From the NCBI RefSeq assembly GCF_026571515.1, contig NW_026856878.1, forward strand, positions 186,001 to 250,000: a DNA stretch of 64,000 bases, written 5' to 3'. Made by a program: the position numbers and the translations under genes. This document shows, in pieces, positions 23,960 to 36,455 of this stretch (within the stretch, counting starts at the first letter, position 1; each line of letters opens with the position of its first letter). The notes under the pieces were generated by a model. That model was given only the letters and a program-made list of their open reading frames with translations, was not told the origin of the DNA and ran no database searches. The stretch comes from Ruditapes philippinarum (taxonomy: Eukaryota).

Positions 23960-26900
23960 GTACTTTAAAGTTTAAATTATTGGTTTGCGACAAAGAAGTA
24001 ATACTTTCATCATTATATCTCATGGTTAAAGAACAAATGGTTTACGGGTCAATATATCTAATTATAGACATTTTGAATAATATAGTGGTCACTGTTGTCG
24101 ATCCTGTATAACAATCTAACACCTATCAACTTCTTTACTGAATTACTTCTTTTATCTTATACAAAGTTTCATATATTGATATAAAAGGAATTTGAGTGAC
24201 GTGATTATAAAAGTCAATTCCAGTTCAATTCTGCCTTTAAAATGACCAGTGAACTGGGATATGACTTGGTTAACGGTTCATGCATTTATTTCATGATGTA
24301 CGTGTGATAACTTTATGCATATTTGCTTTTATCTTTACTTTTATAAAACTGGATACGATATTGTTGCAATTTTTTTTGGTCTAAACCTTTTGTATGTTGT
24401 GTAGATATGTTGATGTGAAATTGATGTATACAATAAAATATGCAATAAAATATTTTTCAAATAAATTATCTTTGATTAAGGAAACTCAGATATTCAACGA
24501 CCACAAATTGACAATGACGCTATCGTCACACAGGCAGATTTTGAAGAAAAGTTTCCTGCAAATGCCAGAAATTCGTCAACTTTAAAAGAAGCGATTAACA
24601 GAAAACTCACAAAATGTAAATGTTCCACATTGTGCATTAAGCATTTTGTGTTCTCTGTACTGCCGTGTATTAACATAATCAGACACTATAACTTGAGGAG
24701 GGATTTAACAGGGGACATTGTTGGAGGCCTTACAGTTGGAATAATGCATATACCTCAAGGCTAGTATACTCGCATTGCAGATATTTATGTTTTCCTCTCT
24801 TCTTCTTTCTTTTATTTTGATAATCGCACACATCTGCAGATGCCATTTTTATTCTAATTTTCATTAACTTTATATTTAAACATCGAACTCTTTTTAAACC
24901 AGTGCATTGATGTGTTAATGGTATAAATTAATCATTGTCGTTCATTAACAGTAATGTCAAACCGAGACTGCACAATTTTCAAATTTGCGTGTTGTACAAC
25001 AATTAATTTTTAATTTATTTTCCATTCCCTTATACCTATTTTCAATTATTTTATTTCAAGTTTTCTTTAAAAAAAATAAAATATGTGTGAGTAACACATT
25101 GCTCCCGTTGAGTCTTTAAAAGTGTTAATCGTTATAATTTTACGAAGCATCATGTCTATTTTAGGTATGGCTTACGCCATGTTGGCTACATTACCACCAG
25201 TGTATGGTCTTTATACATCATTCTTTCCTGTGATTGTATATTTCTTATTTGGTTCTAGTAAACATATTTCTTTAGGTAAGATATATGACAATTTCTTATA
25301 CCATGTAAACAAAACAATAAATAGTGATGATGATTTCTTAAACAATGAAGTGTCATTGTCATTTACTGCATTTTACTAGTTTATCGTCTATTTGAAATAC
25401 AAGCAATTATTTTCTTAAATCAGGTACTGCTTCTGTACCATGTTTGATGATAGGTACAGCTATTTCAAAAGGATTAGATGGGCTGTCTAAATCAGAAGTG
25501 ATTCCTTCATTATCCAATGCTACATGGAACGCCATCAAGATTAATACAGACAACCTGTCTGAAACAACAACAACAACAACAAAGTCAATATCGACAGCAG
25601 ACGACACATCAGAGATGTCACCAGAGGAGCTTGATCTCCGGCTTCAGTTTGCCATGTCTGTTACATTCATGGTTGGAGTCATTCAGGTGAAAACCAGCTG
25701 TTTCTGCTTCAGATGAAAATCGTTTAGATTCCTTCATTTATTGTAATGCGCAATACCTATTTTTTCTATAATCTCCTAGCTTTAAATTAATACTTCAATA
25801 TGTTTGAATAAACCGTTTATAATTCTTGTTATTTGGTGAAGTATGCTGATTAGAATAGTTATGCAAGATATTAACCCTACATATATCTAGTTTTCGCCCT
25901 AATGTTTATAAACAGTTCTCCTTAAAAATTAGAAAAAATATTATAATAAAATAATGATTTCATTAAATGGTATTCGGTACTATTTCAGATAGATGAAAGA
26001 ACAAACACGATTTTAAGATTTTAACTTATTTTTGTGTATTTCTATTTTCAGTTGCTGATGTCAGTATTTCGTCTTGGATTTATCACAGTGTACATGTCGG
26101 ATGCTTTGATAGGCGGTTTCACCACTGGTGTTACCTGCCATGTCTTCACTAGTCAAGTTAAACACATTTTTAATGTTAAACTCAAGAGTTACAGTGGTAT
26201 ATTTAAACTAATTTATGTAAGTATTATAAAAGCATGTATGTTTGATTTGGTATAATATGTTTAAGCACTCAAAAGTGGTTTGGAATTAAATGGGATAGAA
26301 ACTCAAAAAAATAATTGAGGGATTGCTATTTAATAAAGAAGTTTACTCCTATCTAATAACGCTATTATAATTTAATTTTATTGTAAATCCTTTTCTTATT
26401 ATCAAGGAATTATTTAAAGGACTGTTAATAAACATTAGCGTTTTATTATTTTTTCTGAACGACAACTGTTTATTTGTCTTGCAATTATTGGAATGACTTA
26501 AAAAGGTAATCATTATGTCTGTACATCATACATATACATAACTACATAAGCTATTAATGGCATCTTTGATTTCAGACATATCGAGACTTCTTCACTAATA
26601 TCTCAACAACAAATTATGTGACAGTGTTGTTATCAGTTTCCTCCATTACTGTGTTGTATTGTGTATCAAAGTTCATCAACCGAAACCCTAAACTTCAACC
26701 TAAAATGTTCATGCCTGTCCCGGTTGAACTAATCGTGGTAAGAAAGTGGTTTCGTCCTTTGGGCGACTGAGAGTTCAAAATGAATTTAAAAACACTTAAC
26801 GTGTTATCGGAGTTCTTGAACGATTTTGCAAATTTGTTTGACTGTAACAAATAACTTATTGAGTTTTTATATAAAAAATGAAAAAAATGTAGATAAATAA

Positions 26901-29900
26901 TAAGTAAGATTAGAATACTGGTATGTACTGTGTGTTACTCTTTCTGGTACAGTTAACGATAGATCTTTGTGAGAAATTAACACTAAATTGACTATAACGA
27001 GATGCGAAATCCCGTTGCTTTTTTCTTATATAGCCCACTATCATTTACTTTTTCAATATTTTACAGGTTATCATAGGAACAGTTGTCTCTTATTTTCTGA
27101 ACTTATCGGACTCTTATAACGTGGCTGTTGTCTCGGATATACCTACCGGGTGATATTTCTTTTTCTTTTTAGCTCGACTATTCGAAGAATATGAGAGCTA
27201 TTGTAGTCGCCCCGGCGTCGGCGTCGGCGTCCGCGTCGGCGTCTGCGTTGGTTAAAGTTTTTTGTAAAGTCAAATATCTCAATTATTACTTGAGATATTC
27301 AATTGAAACTTACAATACTTATTAATAGTAACAAGGTACATCAGATAGACAAGTTTGATAACTCTGCCTACAATATTGACAGAATTATGCCCCTTTTTAA
27401 CTTAGAAATTTTGGTTAAAGTTTTTTGTAAAGTCAAATATCTCAATTATTGCTTGAGATATTCAATTGAAACTTACAATGCTTATTAATAGTAACAAGGT
27501 ACATCAGATAGACACGTTTGATAACTCTGCCTACAATATTGACAGAATTATGCCCCTTTTTAACTTAGAAATTTTGGTTAAAGTTTTTTGTAAAGTCAAA
27601 TATCTCAATTATTGCTTGAGATATTCAATTGAAACTTACAATACTTATTTATAGTAACAAGGTACATCAGATTGACAAGTTGGATAACTCTGACTACAAT
27701 ATTGACAGAATTATGCCCCTTTTTAACCTAGAAATTTTGGTTAAAGTTTTTTGTAAAGTCAAATATCTCAATTATTGCTTGAGATATTCAATTGAAACTT
27801 ACAATACTTATTTATAGTAACAAGGTACATCAGATTGACAAGTTGGATAACTCTGCCTACAATATTGACAGAATTTTGCCCCTTTGGAACTTAGAAATTT
27901 TGGTTAAAGTTTTTTTGTAAAGTCAAATATCTCAATTATTGCTTGAGATATTCAATTGAAAATTAAAATACTTTTTTATAGTAACAATGTACATCAGTTT
28001 GCAAAATTGCATAACTCTGCCTGCAATATTTTCAGAATTATTTGCCCCTTTGAAACTTAGAAATTTTGGTTAAAGGTTAAAGGTCTTCAAAGATATTTAC
28101 TTGAAACTTTACACATGCACTTAGGGTCATAATTGGAAATTGGAGGGTCATAATTGTATGTCACTGACCAAGTTCCATAACTCTATCTTGCATTAAGGCT
28201 GATTCATATCCCCTTTCCTACTTAGTCTCTTGGTTAATGTTTACATGCAAGTTTTACATATCTCAATAACTATTAAAGATATTTATTTAAAACTTCACAT
28301 ATGCATTTAGGGTCATAATTGTAGGTCACTGACAAAGATCCATAATTCTATCTTGCATTTAGGCTGATTTTTCTCCCCTTTTTCAACTTAGAAATTCATT
28401 TGTAAGCTGTTATCTCAATAACTACTAAAGGGTTTGTGCCTTTTTTGGGACAATTTTATGCATTCATAATAATTAAGCAGTGATTTACTTGATAAAACAT
28501 CTTAAGAATAAGCCTTTGTACATTTTCTGTCAAATTTATGTATTCATAGGTAATTAGTATTATTATACTCAATAAAACACCCTTGTGGCATTACCTTCCG
28601 AATAGTCAAGCCAATACTGTTTAATTAGACTCTCTCTGAGGCCTATAACAAGAATTTATAAAAAAAATTAGCCCTTTTGTAAACTTAAAAAATTTAACAT
28701 TATCAAGGCTCTTTTACTATCAAGCACTTAGAATAGTCGAGCGTGCTGTCCTACAGACAGCTCTTGTTTAAATATATAATATATTTTTTACAATATAATA
28801 GTACAGGGAAGTGAGATAACTAATTGTTTTAATCATTTTAAATACAATTCAGTTTTGCTACTACGGACTTTGTTGCAATATTAAACCGCTCTTTTTTAAT
28901 TGATCTTAATTGATCTTATCCAACTACAATAAATTATTACTTAAGTATGCCTTTTCTCGTTGACTTACACTTGAACAAATATCGGCTGTTAAATGTATTA
29001 ACGATTGGAAGCTTCCAATGGCAAATACTTAAGATGTTTACCTAATGTCCTTTCTAGTTTACCTTTGATGAATGTCAGTAGCGTTTCTCTAATCTCACTA
29101 TTCTCACTGGATAACAGTTTGTGAATGTCATTGTCATTAACATTAAGCTATTATTTCAATGCTTCGAAACGTTTTCATGTTCTTACTAGTCTACAATATC
29201 AGTAATGAGTGCTCATAGTTTTAAGCTTATTATTCTGTTTAGTTTACATGTATCTTTGGCCAAAAACTGCCCCCGTCAGTTTTGTTGCTAATGCCATTAT
29301 TTTAAAGATATCTTTTACTTTCTCTAGGCTACCTATGGCAAACACCAATGGGTTAAAGCGTTTATCATGGACCTTACTAACGGATGCTTTCCCTATTGTT
29401 ATTGTCATCTTTTCAATTTCAATCTCCATCGCAAAATCTCTTGCAAAGAAGCACAATTATGAAGTGAATGCAAATCAGGTTTTTATTTCTATTTACAAAA
29501 TTAATGAGTTTAGCATTTTATTATTCTACATATTATCAATCATATTTTATTGCTATATACATGTATATACAATACAATACAATACAATACAATACAATAT
29601 TATTATTATACTTCATATGTAGACTTGGTTAAATGTTAGTTTTTTTCAATACTCTTTTTAGTCGATTGAACCGGATTTTTTTCCAATGAACGTTGCAGAT
29701 CTACGATTGTTTTATTATGACGAAACGCGAAGACTATTATTTAAAACGAACCATTGGGTACTGTACACATTAGTACAGAGGACTTTTATTGAAAGATGTC
29801 ACCTTATATTGACATTGCGCTAATACTGTTATATATACATGATTGTATATATGTGTTACCTTTGTAAAAGATATATAGCTCCTTTCAATAAGATTGTGCA

Positions 29901-32900
29901 TGAAAGTAAACCAGATCTAAGATGTTCCGATACTTGAATGACTTTCAGGAATTGCTTGCATTTGGAATGGCATCGATTGCATCCTCGTTCATGTCATCTG
30001 TAGCGCCTATGGCAGCATTGTCCCGTGCGGTAGTCGGAGATAAAGTCGGTGTTAAGTCACAGGTTGTTTTAAACAGAATTGTTTTTAAATATAAGAAGTA
30101 TACCTAATTATTTTCTTCGTTTTCTTTAAAGATAAATATTGGATTTCACGATGTCTTCTTTCTTTTTCTATAAATATTTTCTCTGGTTAAGGTAAATAGA
30201 TATAAAACAATAAAATACAGCTTCTTGAAATATTCTGTAACTTAGTTCAAATTGTCAATGTCTTTTTTGTTTTTAAATTTACAATGGTACCCTTTACTCT
30301 TATGATTTTATTGCAGGTGGCGGGTCTAGTCTCGTGCTCACTACTTCTAGTTGTTTTATATGTAATTGGGCCTTACTTCAAGACAACACCTAAAGTATGA
30401 ATACTTATTGCGTATGAGAGAACTAAAGGCTAAATATTTGACAAAACAAACGTTTATGTAATTACCATTAAAGGTCTGACAAAATGAAAAAAAAGTATAC
30501 ACAATGGCAAGTTATATATTTCCAACCTTTTTCCTCAGTAAAAGATTATAATGATATATAATTATGTATTATTCCAACTATCTTAAATTTACCTTTTTTA
30601 CCATATACATGTACTGTTTAAACTTTTTTATCATTGTTTTCAGTGTGTTCTAGCATCAGTAATAGTGGTATCTTTACAAGCTATGTTTCTACAAATTCTA
30701 GACCTGAAGAAAATTTACCGTCTATCAAAAATAGATTTTGTAAGTAAACACTGAGTGTTAAGTGAAAATACGGTATTTGATTTTTACAGATCGTTCTTGC
30801 TTATGTTTTCATTAAGAACTCATACGCATGCTACCGTAATTTCGTTATTTCATTTCGTTTGTACATTACTTATTAGTTTGTTTTTTTATACAACAATGTA
30901 TCGAGGGTTTACCCAAACAAGTTACTATAATCAGTATCATTATTATATTTAAATAATCAATTTGTTGTTAAAAGTAATAGGAAGGCGGCTCTACTGTTCA
31001 TATTTTTTAATTTACGCACAAATTTTACAAGATACAAATATCGGAACATGTCCTCTACATAAACAGTGTACAAAACCCACTACAATTAGCTTACAAATAA
31101 CAGTTAACAGGGGGAGAGCGGCCTGGCGCACGATTACAATGCAATAAAGGACGTTGCAAAATAAATTTCAAAATGTCACAAGCATCAAATTCTTGCTCCT
31201 CTCTCCGAATCAATGGACCGGGAACGGACCGGTTCGCAATATTTGAGTTATTCACCCATCGGGAATGGACTTATAATGTACACTCATAAATCTAGTTAAA
31301 TCAAATAAAATAGTGTTTAAAACACAGGTCTCATTTTCAATTCTTTGGTCAAAGTGGAATGAGTAGAGCGGATGCAGACACACGTGAACTGTTTACCATC
31401 GAATCTTTTGTAGCAATAACGTCCCGTCAGTTTTCAACTTTCTCCCTCGCCCTTTCTTATGTGTTTCTTGGAATTGCTTGCGCCTTCTGAAAACGATTTC
31501 CCCGCTGGCTGAAACTCGTATGTACAAAACATGTAAACATTGATGTATTTTATTCTGATAGATTGTGTGGATTGTAACATTTGTATGTACAATATTACTG
31601 GATGTAGATCTTGGTCTTCTTGTTGCTATAGGAGTCAATCTGGCGACCGTTATTTATAGAATACAGAGGTCTGTATTTTTGTCATATCATTCTTGTCATT
31701 GTTCGACAATCCATTGAACACCAACAACCGCCTTGATTATTTTAAAGGTTTTAAAATCACAAAATTGAGCAAAAATATATCTCTTAAATTGTAATTAAAT
31801 TGTATGGTTTCAGTATAAGCTTCTCCAGCTATGTGTTTTTGAAATTGCATGACAAGATGTTGACGTCTTCATTATAAACGTACAAAACTTTTGTCTTGTA
31901 ATTACCAAATGAATGTTAAAATTATTTTGCTTAACAATCATATTTATCTAGTCAGATAAAATTTTTACATTTCAGACCAACATTTACAGTGCTAGGACAA
32001 TTGCCTGGTACACATGTATTAAGAGACGCCAGTGTGTATAGAGAGGTTAATTTGCATCCGTCTATCTAAAATATAAATTAATGAGAGCCAATAGATTTTT
32101 AAACAGCTGAATAATATGGATACATCTTTGCAATATATATATATTCTAAAGCAATGTAAAAAGCTTAACAACATATGGTTATACACACTTTTGTTAGCTC
32201 ACCATTTAGCTATTGTCTAAAAGTTTTATCTTTTTAGGAATATTACCGTTTTTTCCGATTTAAAAATACATCATTATAACTTTTTAGAAAATATTGGAAA
32301 AGGAACACAATACCATTCCACTACACCCCAGTCAAAACTTTTGTGTTATATATTTTGAATTCTGTTTTTAAGGCTATGGAAATACAAGGTATCAAGGTAT
32401 TAAGATATGAACACTCTTTGTTCTTCTTAAACAAGGAACACTTCCGTGCATATCTGTACAAATGTGTAGGGAAACCATCAAAAATCGCTTACAATCGTAT
32501 GATAAGAGACAAGATTCTACAGGTAAATGTAACATCCTATCTTATTTACCCATACCCAGATGAAACCGAAAGTGTTTAGCCTTTTGCACCAGTACAATGC
32601 CAGGCCAACCTGTGCACCAGCACTGTCGGCTGACTAGCTTTAAATTTTGATTTTGATATCTCCAAACATTAAATTAAATGTGAGCTTGACCAGTCCATTA
32701 AAGAAAATCAGCAGGGTATGGATTAATTTACGTCATACTTAACGTCTTGCATTGCCTAAGTTGTCACAATCAATTTTCCTTCTTAATTATTTGCCTTACT
32801 GCCAGTGCCTCGTACATTGTAAAACATGGCGTTTCTTTGTTCAAAATAATAGTATTGAGTGAGCAATATACAAAATACAATTTCTTTGCTGGCATATTTC

Positions 32901-33810
32901 ATGATTTGAGGAAAGTGTTGCATCTTGTGTTCCTCGCTATATTTCATTTCATTTCATTTTATATGTATAATATTTTAACCGTCTTCGTATGTATTTTCAG
33001 AATAATATGGCGGTTTTACCAAATACACAAATAGATACAATTATAGAGACCCAATACAATACAGGTGTCAAAAATAAATGTCAGCACGATCTTGGCTTGC
33101 ATACAGTTATTCTAGACTTTTCATGTGTGAACTTTATCGATTCTTCTGGTGTAAATGTCCTTGGCGATGTAAGTATACCATAATCATATACAAAATTGGT
33201 TTAAAAAATTACTAACCACGAAAGATAAATAGGATTTTATGAAATGTATTTGGCATGTATTTTTGTAAAGAATAATAACTTTTTTGTTATCTGTTTTAAT
33301 ATAAAATATTACAGATTGAGTTTAGCAAAAATCTTACATACTTACATACTTTCGTATTATATGACTTTGTGTTTAGATATAATATTCCGAAGGTATATTA
33401 AATTTACTGATTATATTATAATTAACTTTTCAGATTATATCTGAATACAGACTGGCGAATATCGTTATCCTGCTTGCTAATTGTAAAGGTGTGTATTGTT
33501 TTCACACGTCCCCACACCCCAAAAAATAACACAATCATTGTTAATACTGCCCAATTATTTATGATATTCATTTTCATTTCTTATCCATTTCTGCACTTGT
33601 TCGTTTTGTGATGAAATTAATATTATTCAAACAGATACAATAGCAAAATAAAATAAAGTGATTTTCTTTTATTCTGTTACAGAGCTAGTGCTTACAACAT
33701 TTAACAAGACGAAGTTCTATACCACATTGGATAGGTCAAATATATTTCTGACACTCGACGATGCTGTGAAAGAAATACTAACTAACAAAACACAAAGTGT
33801 TCGGTTCTAG
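23794..33810 (+). CDS. SLC26/SulP family anion transporter (prestin/pendrin-like), paralogue 2; complete, 17 coding exons, 781 aa
   Basis: Exons 23794-23959, 24481-24759 (GC donor), 25165-25275, 25424-25686, 26052-26216, 26576-26737, 27067-27149, 29328-29478, 29949-30062, 30317-30394, 30644-30739, 31562-31668, 31976-32045, 32373-32522, 33001-33168, 33434-33488, 33683-33810 sum to 2346 nt with no internal stop. Motifs [78 protein letters not shown] at 33976-33981. Confidence 0.93.
24481..24759 (+). CDS. SLC26 paralogue 2 exon 2 (...[16 protein letters not shown])
   Basis: taag acceptor; conserved TM1; ends AAG|gctagt (GC donor). Confidence 0.85.
25165..25275 (+). CDS. SLC26 paralogue 2 exon 3 ([17 protein letters not shown]...KHISL)
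   Basis: Sulfate-transporter signature region; ttag acceptor, gtaag donor. Confidence 0.95.
25424..25686 (+). CDS. SLC26 paralogue 2 exon 4 (TM3, Thr-rich extracellular loop, TM4)
   Basis: tcag acceptor, gtgaa donor, 263 nt. Confidence 0.92.
26052..26216 (+). CDS. SLC26 paralogue 2 exon 5 ([10 protein letters not shown]...GFTTG...)
   Basis: ttcag acceptor, gtaagt donor, 165 nt. Confidence 0.94.
26576..26737 (+). CDS. SLC26 paralogue 2 exon 6
   Basis: 162 nt, homologous to 2166-2327. Confidence 0.93.
27067..27149 (+). CDS. SLC26 paralogue 2 exon 7
   Basis: 83 nt, homologous to 4159-4241. Confidence 0.92.
27167..28769 (+). mobile_element. Non-autonomous Helentron-like element with about 5 x 163-bp tandem repeats, in intron 7 of paralogue 2
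   Basis: Subterminal inverted repeat gctcgactattc (~27172) / gaatagtcgagc (28731), (ggcgtc)n microsatellite, 163-bp period, 3' hairpin gctgtc-ctaca-gacagc then tcttgtt; inserted in a T-run. Confidence 0.88.
29328..29478 (+). CDS. SLC26 paralogue 2 exon 8
   Basis: 151 nt, ends [11 protein letters not shown]. Confidence 0.92.
29565..29598. repeat. (TACAA)n microsatellite
   Basis: About 6 tandem copies. Confidence 0.85.
29949..30062 (+). CDS. SLC26 paralogue 2 exon 9 (…[17 protein letters not shown])
   Basis: 114 nt, homologous to 5827-5940. Confidence 0.93.
30317..30394 (+). CDS. SLC26 paralogue 2 exon 10
   Basis: 78 nt, homologous to 7010-7087. Confidence 0.92.
30644..30739 (+). CDS. SLC26 paralogue 2 exon 11
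   Basis: 96 nt, homologous to 8033-8128. Confidence 0.92.
31562..31668 (+). CDS. SLC26 paralogue 2 exon 12
   Basis: 107 nt, contains LLDVDLGL. Confidence 0.92.
31976..32045 (+). CDS. SLC26 paralogue 2 exon 13
   Basis: 70 nt, contains VLGQLPGT. Confidence 0.92.
32373..32522 (+). CDS. SLC26 paralogue 2 exon 14 (STAS)
   Basis: 150 nt, contains [15 protein letters not shown]. Confidence 0.92.
33001..33168 (+). CDS. SLC26 paralogue 2 exon 15 (STAS)
   Basis: 168 nt, contains [15 protein letters not shown]. Confidence 0.92.
33434..33488 (+). CDS. SLC26 paralogue 2 exon 16
   Basis: 55 nt, homologous to 12099-12153. Confidence 0.92.
33683..33810 (+). CDS. SLC26 paralogue 2 last coding exon (…LDDAV…QSVRF*)
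   Basis: 128 nt to TAG, homologous to 12560-12687. Confidence 0.92.
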
Positions 33811-35446
33811 GTTTGTTAAGATTTGCATATTTCAACATTGATAATCAACTCAGAGCCTAGTATATATAAACCCGCCTCTGTGTACTGATAAGCCCTCCTC
33901 TGGCTAGCCTCTGCATGTATGTTTATATTTCAGATATTGTTGAGTTTGTGATTGTGAACGTATCTGTATGAATGCAATAAAGTTATGTCAAACCATCCCG
34001 TTTTGGGTCTGTATATGTACAACACGGACAGCATTACATACTCGTTTTCTATTTTCAAAGATAAAATCAACAATAAAAAATATGTATTGTTTTTATGAAA
34101 CTTTAAATTCAGAAACATGTGTGATTTTCATTTATATTCGTGATTTTCCTATCTCCCTTTTAGTCATATCAGATAAACATTTTGTTAATGAAAAATCAAG
34201 AATATAAATGACAATCATACATATTTCTGAATTTAAAAAATCATCAGAACAATAATATTTTGTTTTATTTTATCTTTAAATATAGAAAACGTGTTTCAGA
34301 TTATTTATCGAAAGAGGTTGCTTTTACTGGAATATGACAAATAGTACTTTGGGAAGACTCAATAAACTAGTAGTACATGTGAAATATTTAAATCATAAAA
34401 CAACTCATGTGAAAAAATCATTCTTCTATTTTATTTATAAGCCTTACTTAAGAAGTATCAAACACAGCCTTTTCTCAGTTTTTGAAGAAAATATTTTTTT
34501 TTCAATTAGGAAAATAAGTAACAATGTAAAATATTGTTTACTATGCATTTTATCTAAATATCATAACCTTCTCATAAAAAAAACAACAAAAAACATTAGA
34601 AGTAAATCGAGTAAATCTTGTTAAGATAATGGTGAATCAGATGATGATCATTAACATTATAACAACAACAAACTTTACAAAACGAAAGCAGCTTATCAAG
34701 ACAATAAATCAAAGCATCAATTATGATACAAAAAGTGGAAAATCATTTTTAATAGGCCTTCACATGAAAATGTTTAGACGTAATATTATAGTTTAGTAAC
34801 AAAAACATTTTAGGTGTTTGAAATATTTTACGAGAATTAGTAATCAGGGGCTTTTTAAAAATAATTCTGGCGATGGTTTTTCGCAAAATTTCGTTACCTT
34901 ATTTGTGGCAAATTTATTGACTTTTGGACCATGTTATACATCCACGGGCAAATACCTTCAAATAATTCTTTATTGACAATTTAAATTCTTTCAATAGGGA
35001 TATTTTCAAGTTGTGTTAAAGGTAAACTGTTGTAATCTTCAATGCACAAATTTATTATATCTACTTGCCACTTCCAATCACAGGATTTGCTGCGGTACTT
35101 TTCATCCATCAATGAAAGATTAAGATTCTATGACTTGTATAATATATGTTTAAAAGAATACGAATGTCAATATAAATTAATACCTTATTAAACAAGTGGC
35201 TTTATAACGAACAAAATAATGTATATGTTTGGCCGTGCATATTATACATGTCTGTAAATGAGCCGTTTACCTACACTGATATATTTCCACTAATGTAACT
35301 TTGATTGGATTGAATATTTTGAGTATTAAATAGGAACTAAGAGTTTTTCGAATTTCAGCCTGGCAGTATACTATCTATACAATCTGTACACAATCTATAT
35401 ATGCATATCAGATAATCAAAATGACCGAAAGCAAAAATATATACAC

Positions 35447-36455
35447 ACTGGTTGGAGAAAAAACCCTCCACTTAATAACTTAATTTTAGCAATATCTTTC
35501 TCATCTGTTGAAAATTTACGATTTTGACAAACATGAACAAACTTCGGTTTAAAGTTTTGCTACAAAAATTATTATGAAACTGGCTTTTCTTTATGAATGA
35601 GTATCCAAACATTGTCTTTATGGCCCTGAATGAGGAATCCAAACATTGTCTTTATGGTCCTGAATGAGGTATCCAAAACATTGTCTTTATGGTCCTGAAT
35701 TAGGTATCCAAAACATTGTCTTTATGGTTCTGAATTAGGTATCAAAAACATTGTCTTTATGGTCCTGAATGAGGTATCCAAAACATTGTCTTTATGGTCC
35801 TGAATTAGGTATCCAAAACATAGTCTTTATGGTCATGAATGGGGTATCCAAAACATTGTCTTAATGCCCCTGCATGAGGTATCCAAAACATTGTCTTTAT
35901 GGTCCTGTTTGAGGTATCCAAAACATTGTCTTAATGCTCCTGCATGAGGTATCCAGAACATTGTCCTTATGGTCCTGAATGAGTATCCAAAACATTGTCT
36001 TTTTGGTCCCGAATGAGGTATCCAAACATTGTCTTTATGGTCATGAATTAGGTATCCAAAACACTGTCTTTATTGTCCTGAATGAGGTATCCAAAACATT
36101 GTATCTATACTTTGACAGCAGATACAGTCAAAACTTCCAAATTTTTTAATCAAACACTACATGGAAAACCAGCCTAAATGATTGACTTTTACATATATTT
36201 CATTATTTTTTAAAGAAATTGACAAAGTTTGCGGGAAAACTATTTTAAAAAATATCTTTTTATATGACATTAAATTTTGAAAAAGACGTTAACCTTAAAC
36301 CCGAAAATTTAAAATTTTTTTAAACTTGAAAATTTTACCAAAAGCCGTCCCTTTTCTTTTTGACCAAGTAGATTTTTATTGGAATTTTTTTTAAAACAAT
36401 TAAAATTACCAACTGTTGAGGTTATATATGTGAAAGAGTAATTTCTCCGACCAGT
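35447..36455. mobile_element. ~1-kb TIR element containing a 35-bp tandem array
   Basis: Ends actggttggagaaa and tttctccgaccagt are inverted repeats. Confidence 0.6.
35595..36102. repeat. 35-bp minisatellite, about 14 copies
   Basis: Unit atgaggtatccaaaacattgtctttatggtcctga. Confidence 0.93.

Noticed and set aside
27303-27817. Three near-identical 61-62 aa ORFs
   Set aside because: They are the 163-bp internal repeats of a non-autonomous element.
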